The position numbers and the translations under genes are program-made. The notes under the pieces were generated by a model. That model was not told where the DNA came from, searched no databases, and worked only from the letters and a program-made list of their open reading frames with translations. A stretch of DNA of 64,000 nucleotides. Source: Azolla caroliniana (Eukaryota > Plantae > Polypodiophyta). The DNA lies in contig JBHGNT010000006.1 in assembly GCA_043228905.1 (NCBI GenBank), positions 19,282,001 to 19,346,000 of the forward strand, given 5' to 3'. Below, one piece after another: positions 23,404-35,967 of this stretch; the stretch's first letter is position 1; each line of letters opens with the position of its first letter.

Positions 23404-26400
23404 TCACTCTGGCATGGGGTGTCTTACCAGTCTGATCCTCTTCCGGCATGCGTCCAACTTGTCGGGTGTCAGCACTTTGGTCAGCATATCTGACCCATTC
23501 TCGGCCATGTGAATCTTTGTCAGCGCGAACTCCTGGTCATCTACTCTTTCCCGGATCCAGTGATATCTTCGTTGGATATGCTTCGTCCGGGAATGGTAGG
23601 CCGCATTCTTAGCAAGGTGAATGGCACTTTGACTGTTGCAATAAAGCCGATATTCCTCTTGTCGGATACCGAGCTTTCCGATGAAGTCCTTCATCCATAA
23701 TATTTCCTTGCTGGCTTCCACAGCCACCATGTACTCCGCCTCCGTGGTTGACAATGCAACCGTCTTCTGCAGCCTCGACTGCCACGAGACAGCTCCCCCT
23801 GCATATGTCATTACATACCCGGATGCAGACCGGCTGGTATCCACATCAGCCGACATGTTCGAATCGGTGAAACCATCAAGTTGAGGTTTTCCGGAGCCGA
23901 TTCGGAGACACATATTTGAAGTGCCCTTCAAATACCGGAGTATCCATTTGATAGCGTTCCAGTGCTCCTTGTCGGGATTGCTCATGAACCGGCTCACCAC
24001 TCCGACTACGTATCCTATATCCGGTAGGGTACACACCATTGTGTACATTAAGCTCCCGACGGCAGAGGCATATGGAATCTTCATCATATCTGCCTTCTCT
24101 GCTTTCGTCTTCGGGCTTTGCTTACCGGATGGCCTGCAGTTTGCCGGAAGTGTCAATCCGACCGGTTTCGCTTCTGACATGTTGAACTGGTGAAGCACCT
24201 TTGTCACGTACTTCTCCTATGACAGCCATAATTGCTTCTTTGACCGGTCCCGAATGATGTGCATCCCTAGTATCTGTCTTGCCGGACCCAAGTCTTTCAT
24301 TGAGAACGTCCGGTTGAGAGCCTTCTTCAGCATCCGTATTTTGACTTGGTCACGTCCGACGATCAACATGTCATCCACGTACAGAAGGAGTATTAGGAAG
24401 TCGCCTCCTTCGAACTTCTTCACAAACACATAGTGATCGGCCTATGTCTTGTGGTACCCTTGATCGGTCATGAAGGAGTCGAACTTCCGGTACCATTGTC
24501 GGGGTGCCTGCTTTAGTCCGTACAAGCTCTTCTTCAGCCGGCATACCAGGTGCTCCTTCCCTTTCTCCACAAATCCCTCCGGTTGCTGCATGTAGATCTC
24601 CTCTTCGAGGTCGCCATGAAGGAATGCCATCTTCACGTCCAACTACTCTACCTCAAGGTCCATGCTTGCCGCTATACTCAGCACCGTCCGGATGGAGGTC
24701 ATCTTTACTACCGGGGCAAATATCTCGTCGAAGTCCACGCCCTTCTGCTGGAACCCCTTCACCACGATCTTGGCTTTGTATCTAGTGGGGTTTCCGGCAT
24801 CTCCTGGTTTCAACTTGTACACCCACTTGTTTCGGAGTGCCCGCTTTCCTTTCGGCAACTCCACCAATTCGTACGTATGGTACTCATGCAGGGAATCCAT
24901 CTCATCCTGCATGGCACTTAACCATTTTCGGCTGTGGGTGTCTTCCTTCGCTTCTTCGAAGCTTTCCGGCTCCCCCTCATCGGTCAGCAGAACATGCTCT
25001 GCATCCGGAAATCTCCGGGGGGCCCTTCTCTCTCTGAGAGGATATCTCCGTCTCTGGGCTTCGGTGACCGGCTCATCTATCTGCTCTTCATCCGAATCCG
25101 ATTCGGGGTCTTGGCCGCTTCCGGTTTCGGCTTACTCTACTTCTTCTACCGGTTCGGTATCCTCACCGTATCCAGCTGGTTCTTCGAGTGCTAACCGGTC
25201 TCTCGCCGGTTGGGTCTGCTCATCGTAGAGTCGGTCCTTACCGGTCGACTCGGAGTTCACTATCTTCTTCTCCGACTCCCAGTCGGCGAGTGTCTTGTCC
25301 TCCATGAAGATAATATCTCGACTCCGGAATACCTTCTTGTCGACCGGGTCCCACACTCGGTAGCCGAACTCATCGTCACCGTAACCAAGGAATATGCATG
25401 GCCGGGTCTTTGGATCTAACTTTCCTCTCCGGTCCTTTGCTACATGCACGTACGCGAGACACCCGAACACCTTCAGATGCCGGTAGGACACTTCCTTACC
25501 GGTCCATACTCTCTGTGGCGTGTCTCCGTCCAAGGGTACTGAGGGTGATCTGTTTATCACGTATGTCGCCGTCGACAATGCCTCAACCCAAAACTTCTTC
25601 GGTAGTCTTGCATGAGCTAGCATACTCCTGACTCTCTCCATTATGGTCCGGTTCATCCTCTCGGCCAGTCCGTTTAGTTCCGGCGTCTTCGGCACGGTAA
25701 ATTCGAGCCAGATTCCCTTCGAGCGGCAGTACTCCTCGAATTGCCGCCGGTATTCTCCTCCGTTATCTGCTCGAACCGCCTTCAGCTTCCGGCCGTTTTC
25801 TCTTTCCACTCTCGCGTGGAGCTCTTTGAAGACGGATAACACCTGATCCTTTGTCTTCAACGGTGTGGCCCACAGCTTCCGGCTGTGGTCATCTATGAAC
25901 GTCACGAAGTACTGCGCTCCGGCATGTGACTTCGTGTCTACTTGACACACATCCGTATGCACCAACTCTAGTGGTGCATTACGTCTCATCGGTGGCCTTG
26001 GTCGGAAAGAGGTCCGGTTTTGTTTACTAGCCAGACAATCAGTGCACTTCTCCAAGTGCACGTTCTTCACTGGAATGAGGTTGTCGTCTGCAACCCTCTT
26101 CATCCCCTTCTCGCTCATATGACACAGTCTCTTGTGCCACAACTCACCGGCAGTGTCGGATGCCATGTTCACTTCTTCCGGACATAACCGGGCATTCATC
26201 AGGTATAGTGTGTTGACTTTCCGGGCCCGAGCCACAATCAGACTCCCTTTGCTGAACTTCATGACACCGTTCCGAATGCTACCCGTGTAGCCTTCATTAT
26301 CCAGCCAACCGGCTGATATCAGGTTCAGACGAACCTCCGGAACGTGTCGGACATCCTTCAGCAGCAACTTGCATCCGGTTGGTGTTGACAGCTACACGTC

Positions 26401-27287
26401 TCCTATGCCGCCAATTCGGCATGTACCTTCATTCCCCATCCGGACACAGCCGTGGTCACCGGCTGAGTAGGATGAGAAGCATTTCCGGTCCGGGGTAAGG
26501 TGAAACGATGCTCCGGATTCTACCACCTAGGTCATCTCGTCGCCGGCAAGATTTATCTCACTCTCCTCGGTGATGAGCATCAACTCTTCTTCACTTGCCA
26601 CGATTGTCGTCGTTCCCTTCCGGTCTTTATCGTTCTGGTCCGGGGTCCGCTTCGAATCGGTACCGTCGGTTTCCTTGTCTTTGCGGAAATGCCGACAGTT
26701 CTTTTGGAAGTGACCCGGCTTGCCGCAATAGAAGCAAGTGGGCCTCCCCCTTGACTTTGACCGTGTCCCCGACTTCTCCCGGTTCTGGGGACGACGGTTT
26801 CTATGTCTTTCGCGTTCAGATTTGGTAATGAGCGCTTTGGAGTCGGAGGTCGTATCTTTATCTTTCCGACGCACCTCTTCATCTAGCAAGCTCGACTTTG
26901 CTCTTGTTAGGGATAACCGTTTTCCTTTCGGCCCGGCGGTGCCCAAAGTGACAACCAACGTCTCCCAGCTATCCGGGAGGAAACCGAGCAGGAGTAGCGC
27001 TAGTACCTCATCGGTGAGAGGTACTTCCAATGAAGTTGCCTGGTGGATCAGCCCCTGGAAGGCATTCATGTGCTCTGCCATGCTGGAGCCATCTTGGTAC
27101 CGGAGTCTTACTAGCTTCCAGAATACCGACACCTGATTGACAACATTTTTGTTCTGAAACATTATGCCGATCTTCTCCCAGAGCTCATGAGCCTTGCTCT
27201 CTTCATTGAAGTTGTTGTACAGGCTCATGTCGATGAAGCACCGTATGTACGCCGTTGTCTTCATGTGCATCACCTCCCATATCGCGG
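23404..27287 (-). pseudogene. pol: gag-pol of copia G
   Basis: [58 protein letters not shown] and HSRTKHI motifs, with in-frame stops. Confidence 0.92.
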
Positions 27288-28389
27288 TGTCGTGAAGATT
27301 TTCGGCAATAGTGTGAAAATCCCATAAAACGTACGAAATCGAGTATAAATCACATAGTACAATAATTGTGAAGATAACATTTTAAATAGATTTAATATCT
27401 AAGTACAAAATGATGGAGGTTTCGAATGCACTTTATTACACGAGAAACGGACAACTAAATGTCAAGATATGAGGGTATAAAGTTTGTGAAAGAAAAAGAG
27501 AAAATTGTGAGATATCTCACATAGGCACGACAAATACAGCTCTCATCATATATAAGGTGGAGCAAAAGATATTATCTTTGTGTCTATGTGTGGAGCATAG
27601 AGAGTTCAAGGTAACTTGAACTAAGAGTGGAGGTGGGCTAGCTACTCGTAAAGGGTTTTGGCCAACCAAAACCGGACCGGCGATGGAGCTGGTGATCCGA
27701 CGGCATCCGGCGGCAATCCGGCGACGGCATCCGACGAGGCACCGGTAACCGACAGGCAACCGGCGACGCACCGGCATCTGGCGGCATCCGGCGACGACAC
27801 CGGTAACCGACGGTATCCGGCGAACCGGCGTCCGGCGACTAGATAAAAATATATATAAATATATATACATATTTACATATACAAGGAGGGCAAGTAAGTC
27901 AATTGGCTTACCATTAAGCCATGGTATTTAGTTGAAATTATATTTCTATCATTGTACTTTTACATGTAAATTCTCATACATGAGAGCTAAAATGAGTGAC
28001 ATGGTTATCATGCACCACATGTAATACTTAAGCACCAAATGGCAAACATGCAATTTATGCATGTCTTGTACCCTCACATGCATCATATGCATGAGAGCAT
28101 CTATAAAAGAGGGAAGGGGGAGGAGAAAAAAGGACGGTTTTTTTTATGAAAATTAAGAGGAAGAAATTCGTTATCAAATTGATCGTGTAACTTGTTTCTT
28201 AAATCTAAAGTTAAAACTTCAATCAATCTCTCTCAATCGTGTCATCTCAACTTCTCTCTTTCCCAATCTATCTTAAGTACTTTCTTGCTAAAGCTCTCGC
28301 TAAAGCTTGTATCGACTCTAAATCCTTCTGGTCTAGAACCCCGGCGGTTCCGCCTCACGATCCACGCGTAGTGACGGATCTTCACGACA
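27288..28389 (+). repeat. 5' LTR of E
   Basis: TGTCGTGAAGAT…ATCTTCACGACA, with a 30-nt deletion removing the B box of the tRNA-like module. Confidence 0.93.
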
Positions 28390-28397
28390 TAATAAAG

Positions 28398-28415
28398 TGG
28401 TGAACCCGACGTGAA
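28398..28415 (+). promoter_or_regulatory. Primer-binding site, tRNA-Trp
   Basis: TGGTGAACCCGACGTGAA. Confidence 0.85.
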
Positions 28416-28450
28416 AGAGGCGGTAGGAAGGATCAAGTCGAGATTAATAC

Positions 28451-30651
28451 TTGGAGATGGCGTCCTCAAGCAACCAAGCAGGAGAGCTCGAAAGGATGAT
28501 GCTAATCGTCCAGCAAATGATGAGATCTCGGGACAACGACGGGAACGTGGAGAAGGCTGTCAATCGTGTCGTAGAGCTCGAGGGCCAATTCGATGGAAGG
28601 AACGTTACGAAGTTCCTTGATGCATATAGAAGGGAGATGAATCAGAGGGACGTGTCCGAGGCACGTCAAATTGCAAGCTTCAAGAGAGTTGTCGCCAACA
28701 ACATCCAAAGATGCGTCATCGAGCTTCAAGAAGGTAAGACAACATGGTCCGAGTTCGAGAAAACGATACTAGCGGAGTTCGTGACTGAAGACTCAACGAG
28801 GATGACTCGACATGCCCTGATGAAGTGGATAGAGAAGAAGAATAAGAAGATGAGCGTCTCGAGGGTGTACGACGAATTCGACCAGATGTTTAGTCGTCTC
28901 CCCAATACGGACCAAGTGTTGCTTGAAGAGGACAAGACTTTGTACTTCTTGAAGGCCGTGGACATAAAGGATAGACGGGAGTTGGGGACTCTTCTCGAAG
29001 ATGATACCCAAGCAAATGGGCTCGTAGCGGACTAGATCGCAGTGAAGCGGGCATGCAATAGGCTCGACAAGCATCGCCAATGGGTTGATGACACCGACTT
29101 GACGGGACCGACTACCACGGAGAAAGCAAGACCGCCGAAAGTAGCTGAGCCGCTGAGACAAAGTAACGTGGAAGAAAAGAAGATTGATGACGACATCATT
29201 GAAGAGCTAGCGAAGAAGTTCGAGAGCTCACTCTAGCCAACATGAATCGTCGGGGTCCTAAAGGAAAAGAACCCTTTAGATGCGTGTGGTGCGATAGCAT
29301 GGACCACATGAGAAGGGATTGTGCGGGCCTTCGAGAGGCGATTCGACAAAATATCGTATACATAGAGGACAACATGATCTGCTTAAGTGAGACTAGAAGA
29401 CCCCTACGGGTGAATTTCGGAAGAGGAGGAATGAAGAGATCTATGGAGGATGCCGATGCGACTCATGTGGATGCGATGCAATATGCTGCGTCGGCCGGAA
29501 TAAGAGTCGGGAAAGACAAGACTGAAGCTGCTAGAGCGGGAGCAAAGTTTTGGACTTCCGTTCTCGAATATGGGAAGAAGGGAAAAATCACATCGAACGA
29601 GGTAGAGTTTGCGGACCGAAGCGTGCAAAGCATAACAGGGTGGTCGGATCCGGTGGACGACAACACCATACTCGCAGAGGTGATGTGCGACAACCACGAG
29701 GTGTTCGTCGAAGAAAAGAGAAAGAGAATAGAAGAGCAAGGGCCATAAAAAAGACATGAAACAAGGAACCCGAAAAAGAAGGACGATCTGGAGACGAGTC
29801 GACCTTTACAAACAGAGGAACGAGAATCAAGCCGAAAAGGGGAGCCGAGCATACGAGTTGAAGAAACGGTTCGGCCCGTGAAGGTTGGTGTCGAAGACCC
29901 CGCTTGGAGGACAAGGACCATACCTACCTATAAGCTAAGGTCGGACATAGAGCAGATAATGGACCTAAAGAAGATTCTCGAAGAACGAGTTCTTGATAGC
30001 CACGTAACTTTGTCCTTGAGGGAATTGCTTGGCATTACGAAGGAGTTCCATGACACGATCGTAGACCTTGTAAAGAGAAAGAGACAACAATCGGACGAGG
30101 AAGAAGAGAAGCCGCAAAAAGCAAAAACGAATGCCATAACGATGGCAAGAGACGAAATCGATGAAGATATGGTGGACAGCCACTACACTCGACCTCATTG
30201 GGCACGAGCGACAACATAGACGCCGGTGAAGATCAGGGAGAAGAAAGAGACCGTCGTAGCCTTGATCGACCATGGCTCGGAGATCAACCTCATGTCAACG
30301 GACTTCTACAAAAAGGGAAGATGGTCAATCAATACAAACCACGGATGGAAGATTCGTGCGGCAACAAAGTCTACGGAGGACTTGTACGGAGCTTGTCCCA
30401 ATGTCAAAGTCACGATCGGGGATGTGGAGATGGATCAACACTTCTTCATACAAGAATCGGCCCCGCATCCTGTCATCCTAGGGAAACCTTATATCACATC
30501 ATCTCGGATGGAGACCAAAGTGTTTGATAATGGAGCAGCCTTCGCACGAATAAAGAGTCTTGACAACCAAAGATCGGTCCAATTCCTAACGGTGCGAGCC
30601 AATCATGAAAGGAATCGAGATAGTCTCAGAGGCGAATCCTCGGATTTTTAG
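28451..30651 (+). pseudogene. gag: gag-protease of E
   Basis: Same motifs as D, with several stops; ends SSDF*. Confidence 0.9.
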
Positions 30652-30704
30652 AGCGGACTATTGAAGCATGGGGCACAAATAGTCCGAGCAATCACAAGAC
30701 CCCA
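30642..30704 (+). promoter_or_regulatory. Predicted -1 frameshift signal of E
   Basis: G GAT TTT, 5-nt spacer, 9-bp stem CGGACTATT/AATAGTCCG, loop TGGGG pairing with CCCCA. The -1 frame is open into the pol ORF at 30717. Confidence 0.8.
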
Positions 30705-33700
30705 CAAGAAAGAAGAGTGCGTGGATTGCAAGGAGAAGCAACATGTGTCACACCTAGTGGCGCATGTAAACTAGTACTACCCGACAAGAAGCACAAGCGC
30801 CGGATACAAGAATTCGAGAAGATGCTGAAAGAAGAGAATATAATAGAAGAAGGAGAGTTCGTGACTCATATTATGGAAGAAGCCTCATTTAATGACACCA
30901 TCGGCGAAATCGAGGACGTCGTGGACTTGAGCTATCTTCACAACCAACGCGTGATTTCAGTTAACTCCGTCAACATGTACGCTATCATCGATGAATACTG
31001 TCATGGCATCTCAATGAAGGAAGCTGACATCAACACGAAATATAAAACAGTGGATAAGAAGATCAAGCCAGTTGCGGTTCCGCTACCGGAAGATAGCTGG
31101 CAAAAGATGAAGGAAGTCGCTAACGATCCAAGCTTAAGAGATCCGAAGAAGATAGGTCATGACTTCACCAAAGAGACGAAGGGGAAGCTACGAGTTGGAA
31201 GGGAGGATTTCCTTCTCCCTGAAGAGCAGCGAATGTTTCGCGATATGCTTGAGAGACATGGGAAGGCTTTCGCATTCTTCCCACGAGAAATCGGATGCGC
31301 CGATCCAAAGGTTATAGAGCCGATGGTGATCTTCACGGTGCCTCATGTGCCTTGGAACTTTAAACTGATACCGGTTCCGAGAGCACACCTTCCGAAGCTG
31401 ATCGAGCTCTTAAAGGAGAAGGTGAGTATGGGAATTCTAGAACCGTCGAATGCTCCTTATTCCAATAGGTGGTTCACGGTGCCGAAGAAGAATGGATCAT
31501 TGCGATTCATCCAAGATCTTCAACCCGTCAATAAGGTGACAATTCGAAATGCCGGAATCGGTCCGAGCGTGGACGAATTTGCCGAAGCGTTTGCGGGCCG
31601 GTCCATCTACTCCATTGGCGATCTCTACTCCGGATATGACGAATTCCAGTTGGCGATCGACAGTCGGGACATTACAACCATGAGGACTCCGATCGGGCTT
31701 GTGCGGATGTGTACCTTACCCCAAGGCGCAACGAACTCGGTGGCTCATATGGTGAATGCCATGAATAAAGTCTTGAAGGATTGCATTCCGGACATCACGA
31801 TGCCATTCTTGGATGATATTCCGATAAAAGGATGTTTAGATGAGGAGAAAGATGAATCGAAAGATAAGGAAGGTTGTAGGAAGTTCGTTGCGGATCATAT
31901 GAAAGATTGCGAGAAGGTGCTTCAAAGGCTCGAAGATGCGAATTTGACATTTTCGGGAGAAAAATCCGCATTCGGGCAACTGGAGATCTTGGTGGTAGGT
32001 CACTTGTGTGGAGCATATGGCCGGAAGCCATCGCCATCCAAAGTGAACGCAATCCAAGACATGAAAGAAGAATGCGAAAACCAAACGGAGGTTCGAAGGT
32101 TCCTTGGAGCGTGCTCGTTTTATCATATATGGATTCCTCACTACGCTCATGTCGCCGAACCGTTATATGGACTACTCAAGAAAAGAATAAAGTTCTAATG
32201 GCGAGACGAGCACATAGAGGCGATGCGAAGATTAAAGAAACTGCTTCTTGAAGCTCCGGCACTAAGGAAGGCCGACTATGCCGAAGGGAAACCAATTTAT
32301 GTGACCGTAGATACGAGCCCAACCGGAATCGGGTGGGTCATCAATCAAGAAGGTGAAGATAATGCGCGATATGCCGTCCGGTTCGGAGCAAAGGTTCTCA
32401 GCAAACGGCAACAAAGATATGCCCAAGTCAAGCGGGAACTTTGGGGTATTGTGTCGGCAGTGAAGACGGACAAAGATTACCTGATCGGGTCAGAAGTGAT
32501 AATAGAGACAGATTGTCTCCCAATTCTCGGAATGGTCTCGGGATGTGCGACCCCAGATCTTGCTATGCTAAGGTGGATCGCCTACATCAAGTGCTTAAAC
32601 CTAGAGATCCGTCACATTGTAGGGAAGAAGAACGCCATGGCTGACATGCTGTCGAGGGCAAGATTTTCAAACAGAAGTAATATGGTTTCGGAAGATGAAG
32701 ATGTCGCCCTCGACTTCTTCAAGATGGCTCGATTGTCGGCGGAAGACGAGGACACGCAAACCCTCCACGCCTTCAACGAGAACGAGTACCAAGGAGAGTG
32801 GTTACTCATCGGTAGATTCCTAAGAACATTGACGACAGATGCTTCGTTGACAAAGGAGGAGGCCCTATGAATCCGAAAGAAAGTTTACCGATACTTCTTG
32901 AAGGGAGGATTCCTTTGGCGACATCCAAAAAGAAGGACAAGAATACCATGACGAGTGGTGGTAATGAAAGAAGAGCAAGAGACGCTGATGACCGAATTCC
33001 ACGAGAGTGCTTGGGCAGGTCATAGAGGAACATGGGCGACGTTCGAAAAGTTGAAGGAGAAGTACTGGTGGCCAAGCATGTACAAAGATGTACTCCATTT
33101 CGTGTCCACATGCAAAACTTGCCAAGTATATTCAAATATACGTCATCGTGATGAGTTAAAGCCGACATACCCACTCACCATACACTTCAAATGGATGGTG
33201 GATCTGGTCTCGATGCCAATGGGAGTGGGACAAATGAAGTACTTAGCGCTCGCAAGGGAAGACTTGACAAATCAAGTGGAAGGACGAGGCTTGACAAATA
33301 AGACGACTTCAGCTGTTTGTAAATTTTTACTTGAAGATGTTGTTTGCCGATATGGATGTGTAGGGAAGATAGTGGCCGACCGAGGGGAGTTGGACGTGCA
33401 CGAAGCGACGGAGCTCTTCGAAAGACTAGGCGTGAAGCTCTCCCTCACGACTGCCTACAATCCAGAAGCAAATGGGAAGATCGAGCAAGGGCATGGACCT
33501 ATTGTTAAAGCCATCGTACGGGCATGCAACGGTCGAGTCGGGAATTGGCCACGACTATTACCCTATGCCTTGTGGGCCGATAGAATGACACATAGCTCGG
33601 TGATAGGGTATATGCCGACGGAGCTTATGTATGGACAAAAGCCGATTATGCCCATCGAAAGGACGATCGCCTCATGGGTAGCGATACCGTGGGAGAACGA

Positions 33701-34119
33701 GATGAGCCGAGAAGAGTTATTAGCGGCGCGGATAAGGCAACTTGAAAGAAGACCTGAAGATTTAGGAAAAGCGCGAAAGAGTAAAGAACAAAGTTCGGTT
33801 CGACAACACGCATCGTCTTCGTCCCAAGAAGATTGAAGAAGAGGATTGGGTTTTGGTTTACGACAGCACCCTTGACAATCAACACAATACAACAAGGAAG
33901 TTCGCAAGAAGATGGTTCGGGCCGTATGTGGTGACAAGTGCCAACGATAATGCCACATACCAGCTTGCGGAACTAGACGGATCAAGGTTGGCCGTACCCA
34001 TTGCGGGAAAAAGAGTAAAGCTTTTCAAGAAAAGACAAGACAAGGATCCTGACCTCGATTACCTCGACGATGAACATAATAGGCCGGATGAAAATGAAGA
34101 CATGGAGGAATCTAATTGA
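30648..34119 (+). pseudogene. pol: pol of E
   Basis: ORFs 30717-32198, 32223-32870, 32955-33836 and 33853-34119. Confidence 0.92.
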
Positions 34120-34191
34120 TCATCGTAGCCAAAATCTCACTTCTTCTCTTCTTGGCACGTACCGGAGGATGTGCGGTTTGGTGGGGGTGGA

Positions 34192-34671
34192 TGTCGTGAA
34201 GATTTTCGGCAATAGTGTGAAAATCCCATAAAACGTACGAAATCGAGTATAAATCACATAGTACAATAATTGTGAAGATAACATTTTAAATAGATTTAAT
34301 ATCTAAGTACAAAATGATGGAGGTTTCGAATGCACTTTATTACACGAGAAACGGACAACTAAATGTCAAGATATGAGGGTATAAAGTTTGTGAATGAAAA
34401 AGAGAAAATTGTGAGATATCCCACATAGGCACGACAAATACAACTCTTATCATATATAAGGTGGAGCAAAAGATATTATGTTTGTGTCTATGTGTGGAGC
34501 ATAGAGAGTTCAAGGTAACTTGAACTAAGAGTGGAGGTGGGCTAGCTACTCGTAAAGGGTTTTGGCCAACCAAAACCGAACTGGCGACGGTGATCTGTCG
34601 GCATCCGGCGGCAATCCGGCGACGACATCCGATGGCATCCGGCGACGGCACCGGTAACCGACGGCATCCGA
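34192..34671 (+). repeat. Truncated 3' LTR of E
   Basis: Follows the PPT and ends inside the minisatellite, fused to the G LTR. Confidence 0.9.
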
Positions 34672-35199
34672 CCACAGGCGGCAGTTACAACAGAGGCAGC
34701 AACCTCTTTCTCTCTCTCTCTCTCTCTCTGTGTACACTATTACACACTCTAATCTCGTGCAAAAACAAGAATGACAACAACAACAACAACAATAGTTATT
34801 AAAAGTTTGCCCTAAGTCATATTTATACTAATATGATTTTTCGGCTATTTACAAATATAGCCTCGATGGACTCTCAGAAACATATTTACGAATATGTCTC
34901 TTCATCCGGGTCTCACCGGGTCTGTACCATCCGACTCTCCGTAGCCGGGTACTCCTCATCCGGTTCTCACCGGGTCTGCACCAACCGGCTCTCCGTAGCC
35001 GGGTACTCCTCATCCGGTTCTCACCGGGTCTGCACCATCCGGCTCTCCGTAGCCGGGTACTCCTCATCCGGTTCATACCGGGTCTGTACCATCCTGCTCT
35101 CCGTAGCCGGGTACTCCTCATACGGTTTCGGCCTCGACCTAGCTTGTTAATCAACACTTTTCTTCTCCCTTCCCATCCGGAGGGACCTGTCTCCCAACA
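34672..35199 (-). repeat. 5' LTR of G (U5 side lost)
   Basis: Matches 22870-23393 and is followed by TSD GGCTC. Confidence 0.9.
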
Positions 35200-35960
35200 G
35201 GCTCGAAGGACTTCTAACTCGGTGGGTGACAAGTTTTAAATTGGTCCCCATGGTGGCTCGGTTCTTGGTTGTAAATCGATGGGACAGTCATAGGGACGGT
35301 GATGAGGAAGGGTACTGGCTTTTACCTTGTCAAATACATCGGCATAAGGATGATATTTTGCCGGAAGTTGTACTGAGGACTCCTTCTTAATAGTGTTGGA
35401 AGGATGTACTGATATTGCAAATAGGAACATTACCTCCTTGTGTCCTTCTTCGCGTAATTGATGGAGTGAAATGGTCGAAACTCGGTGAGTAGATTCTTGG
35501 GATGGTCGATATCAGACTTCTCTTGTTCTCCAATCTATGGCTGGATTATGTAATTCAAACCAAGGTAATCCTAGGACAATGGGATGCTCTGGACTACTAA
35601 TTATATTAAATGATATTACACACACAAAACTACCTAGGACAACTTGAATGGGTTCTGATTCTTCTACAATATTCCCGGAAGCAATGGGACGACCATCAAT
35701 GACTACTATAGATGCGGGACAAGGAAGTTTTCTTAGGGATATCTAAGAAGCTTGGGCAAAATTTCGATCCATGAAACAGGAATTAGCTCCGGAATCTAAG
35801 AGTGCTAGGACGGGTATTGGGGGAGTACTTTTAGTACTAACAATGACTTGGGCTAGGAACACATTGCTAACTTGCTTGGAAGGAATGGAACCACTAATGG
35901 GCTGTACAGGTCTAGGGCTGTTGTCCAACCAAACGGCTCCTATTTTGGCTGGACTCAATC
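35200..35960 (-). pseudogene. pol: protease and RT start of F
   Basis: LALLDSGANSCF and PHHRPYDCPIDL…PPWGPI motifs. The frame continues (ELEVLRA|YIEENLASGFIR) at 22625. Confidence 0.85.
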
Positions 35961-35967
35961 GTTTAAC
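35912..35967 (-). promoter_or_regulatory. Predicted -1 frameshift signal of F (G TTA AAC plus stem/pseudoknot)
   Basis: gag ends GAG TTA AAC GAT TGA; 6-nt spacer; 11-bp stem GTCCAGCCAAA/TTTGGTTGGAC; protease is in the -1 frame. Confidence 0.7.

Larger units (their letters stand above)
27288..34671 (+). mobile_element. Element E: second copy of family D, 3' LTR truncated
   Basis: Colinear and nearly identical to D. 5' LTR 27288-28389, PBS 28398-28415, partial 3' LTR 34192-34671. Confidence 0.93.
22631..35199 (-). mobile_element. Element G: Ty1/copia (Tnt1/Tork-like), interrupted by E
   Basis: 5-bp TSD GGCTC (22626-22630 / 35200-35204), domain order gag-PR-INT-RT-RH, PPT AGTGGGAG at ~23396-23403. 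Confidence 0.92.
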
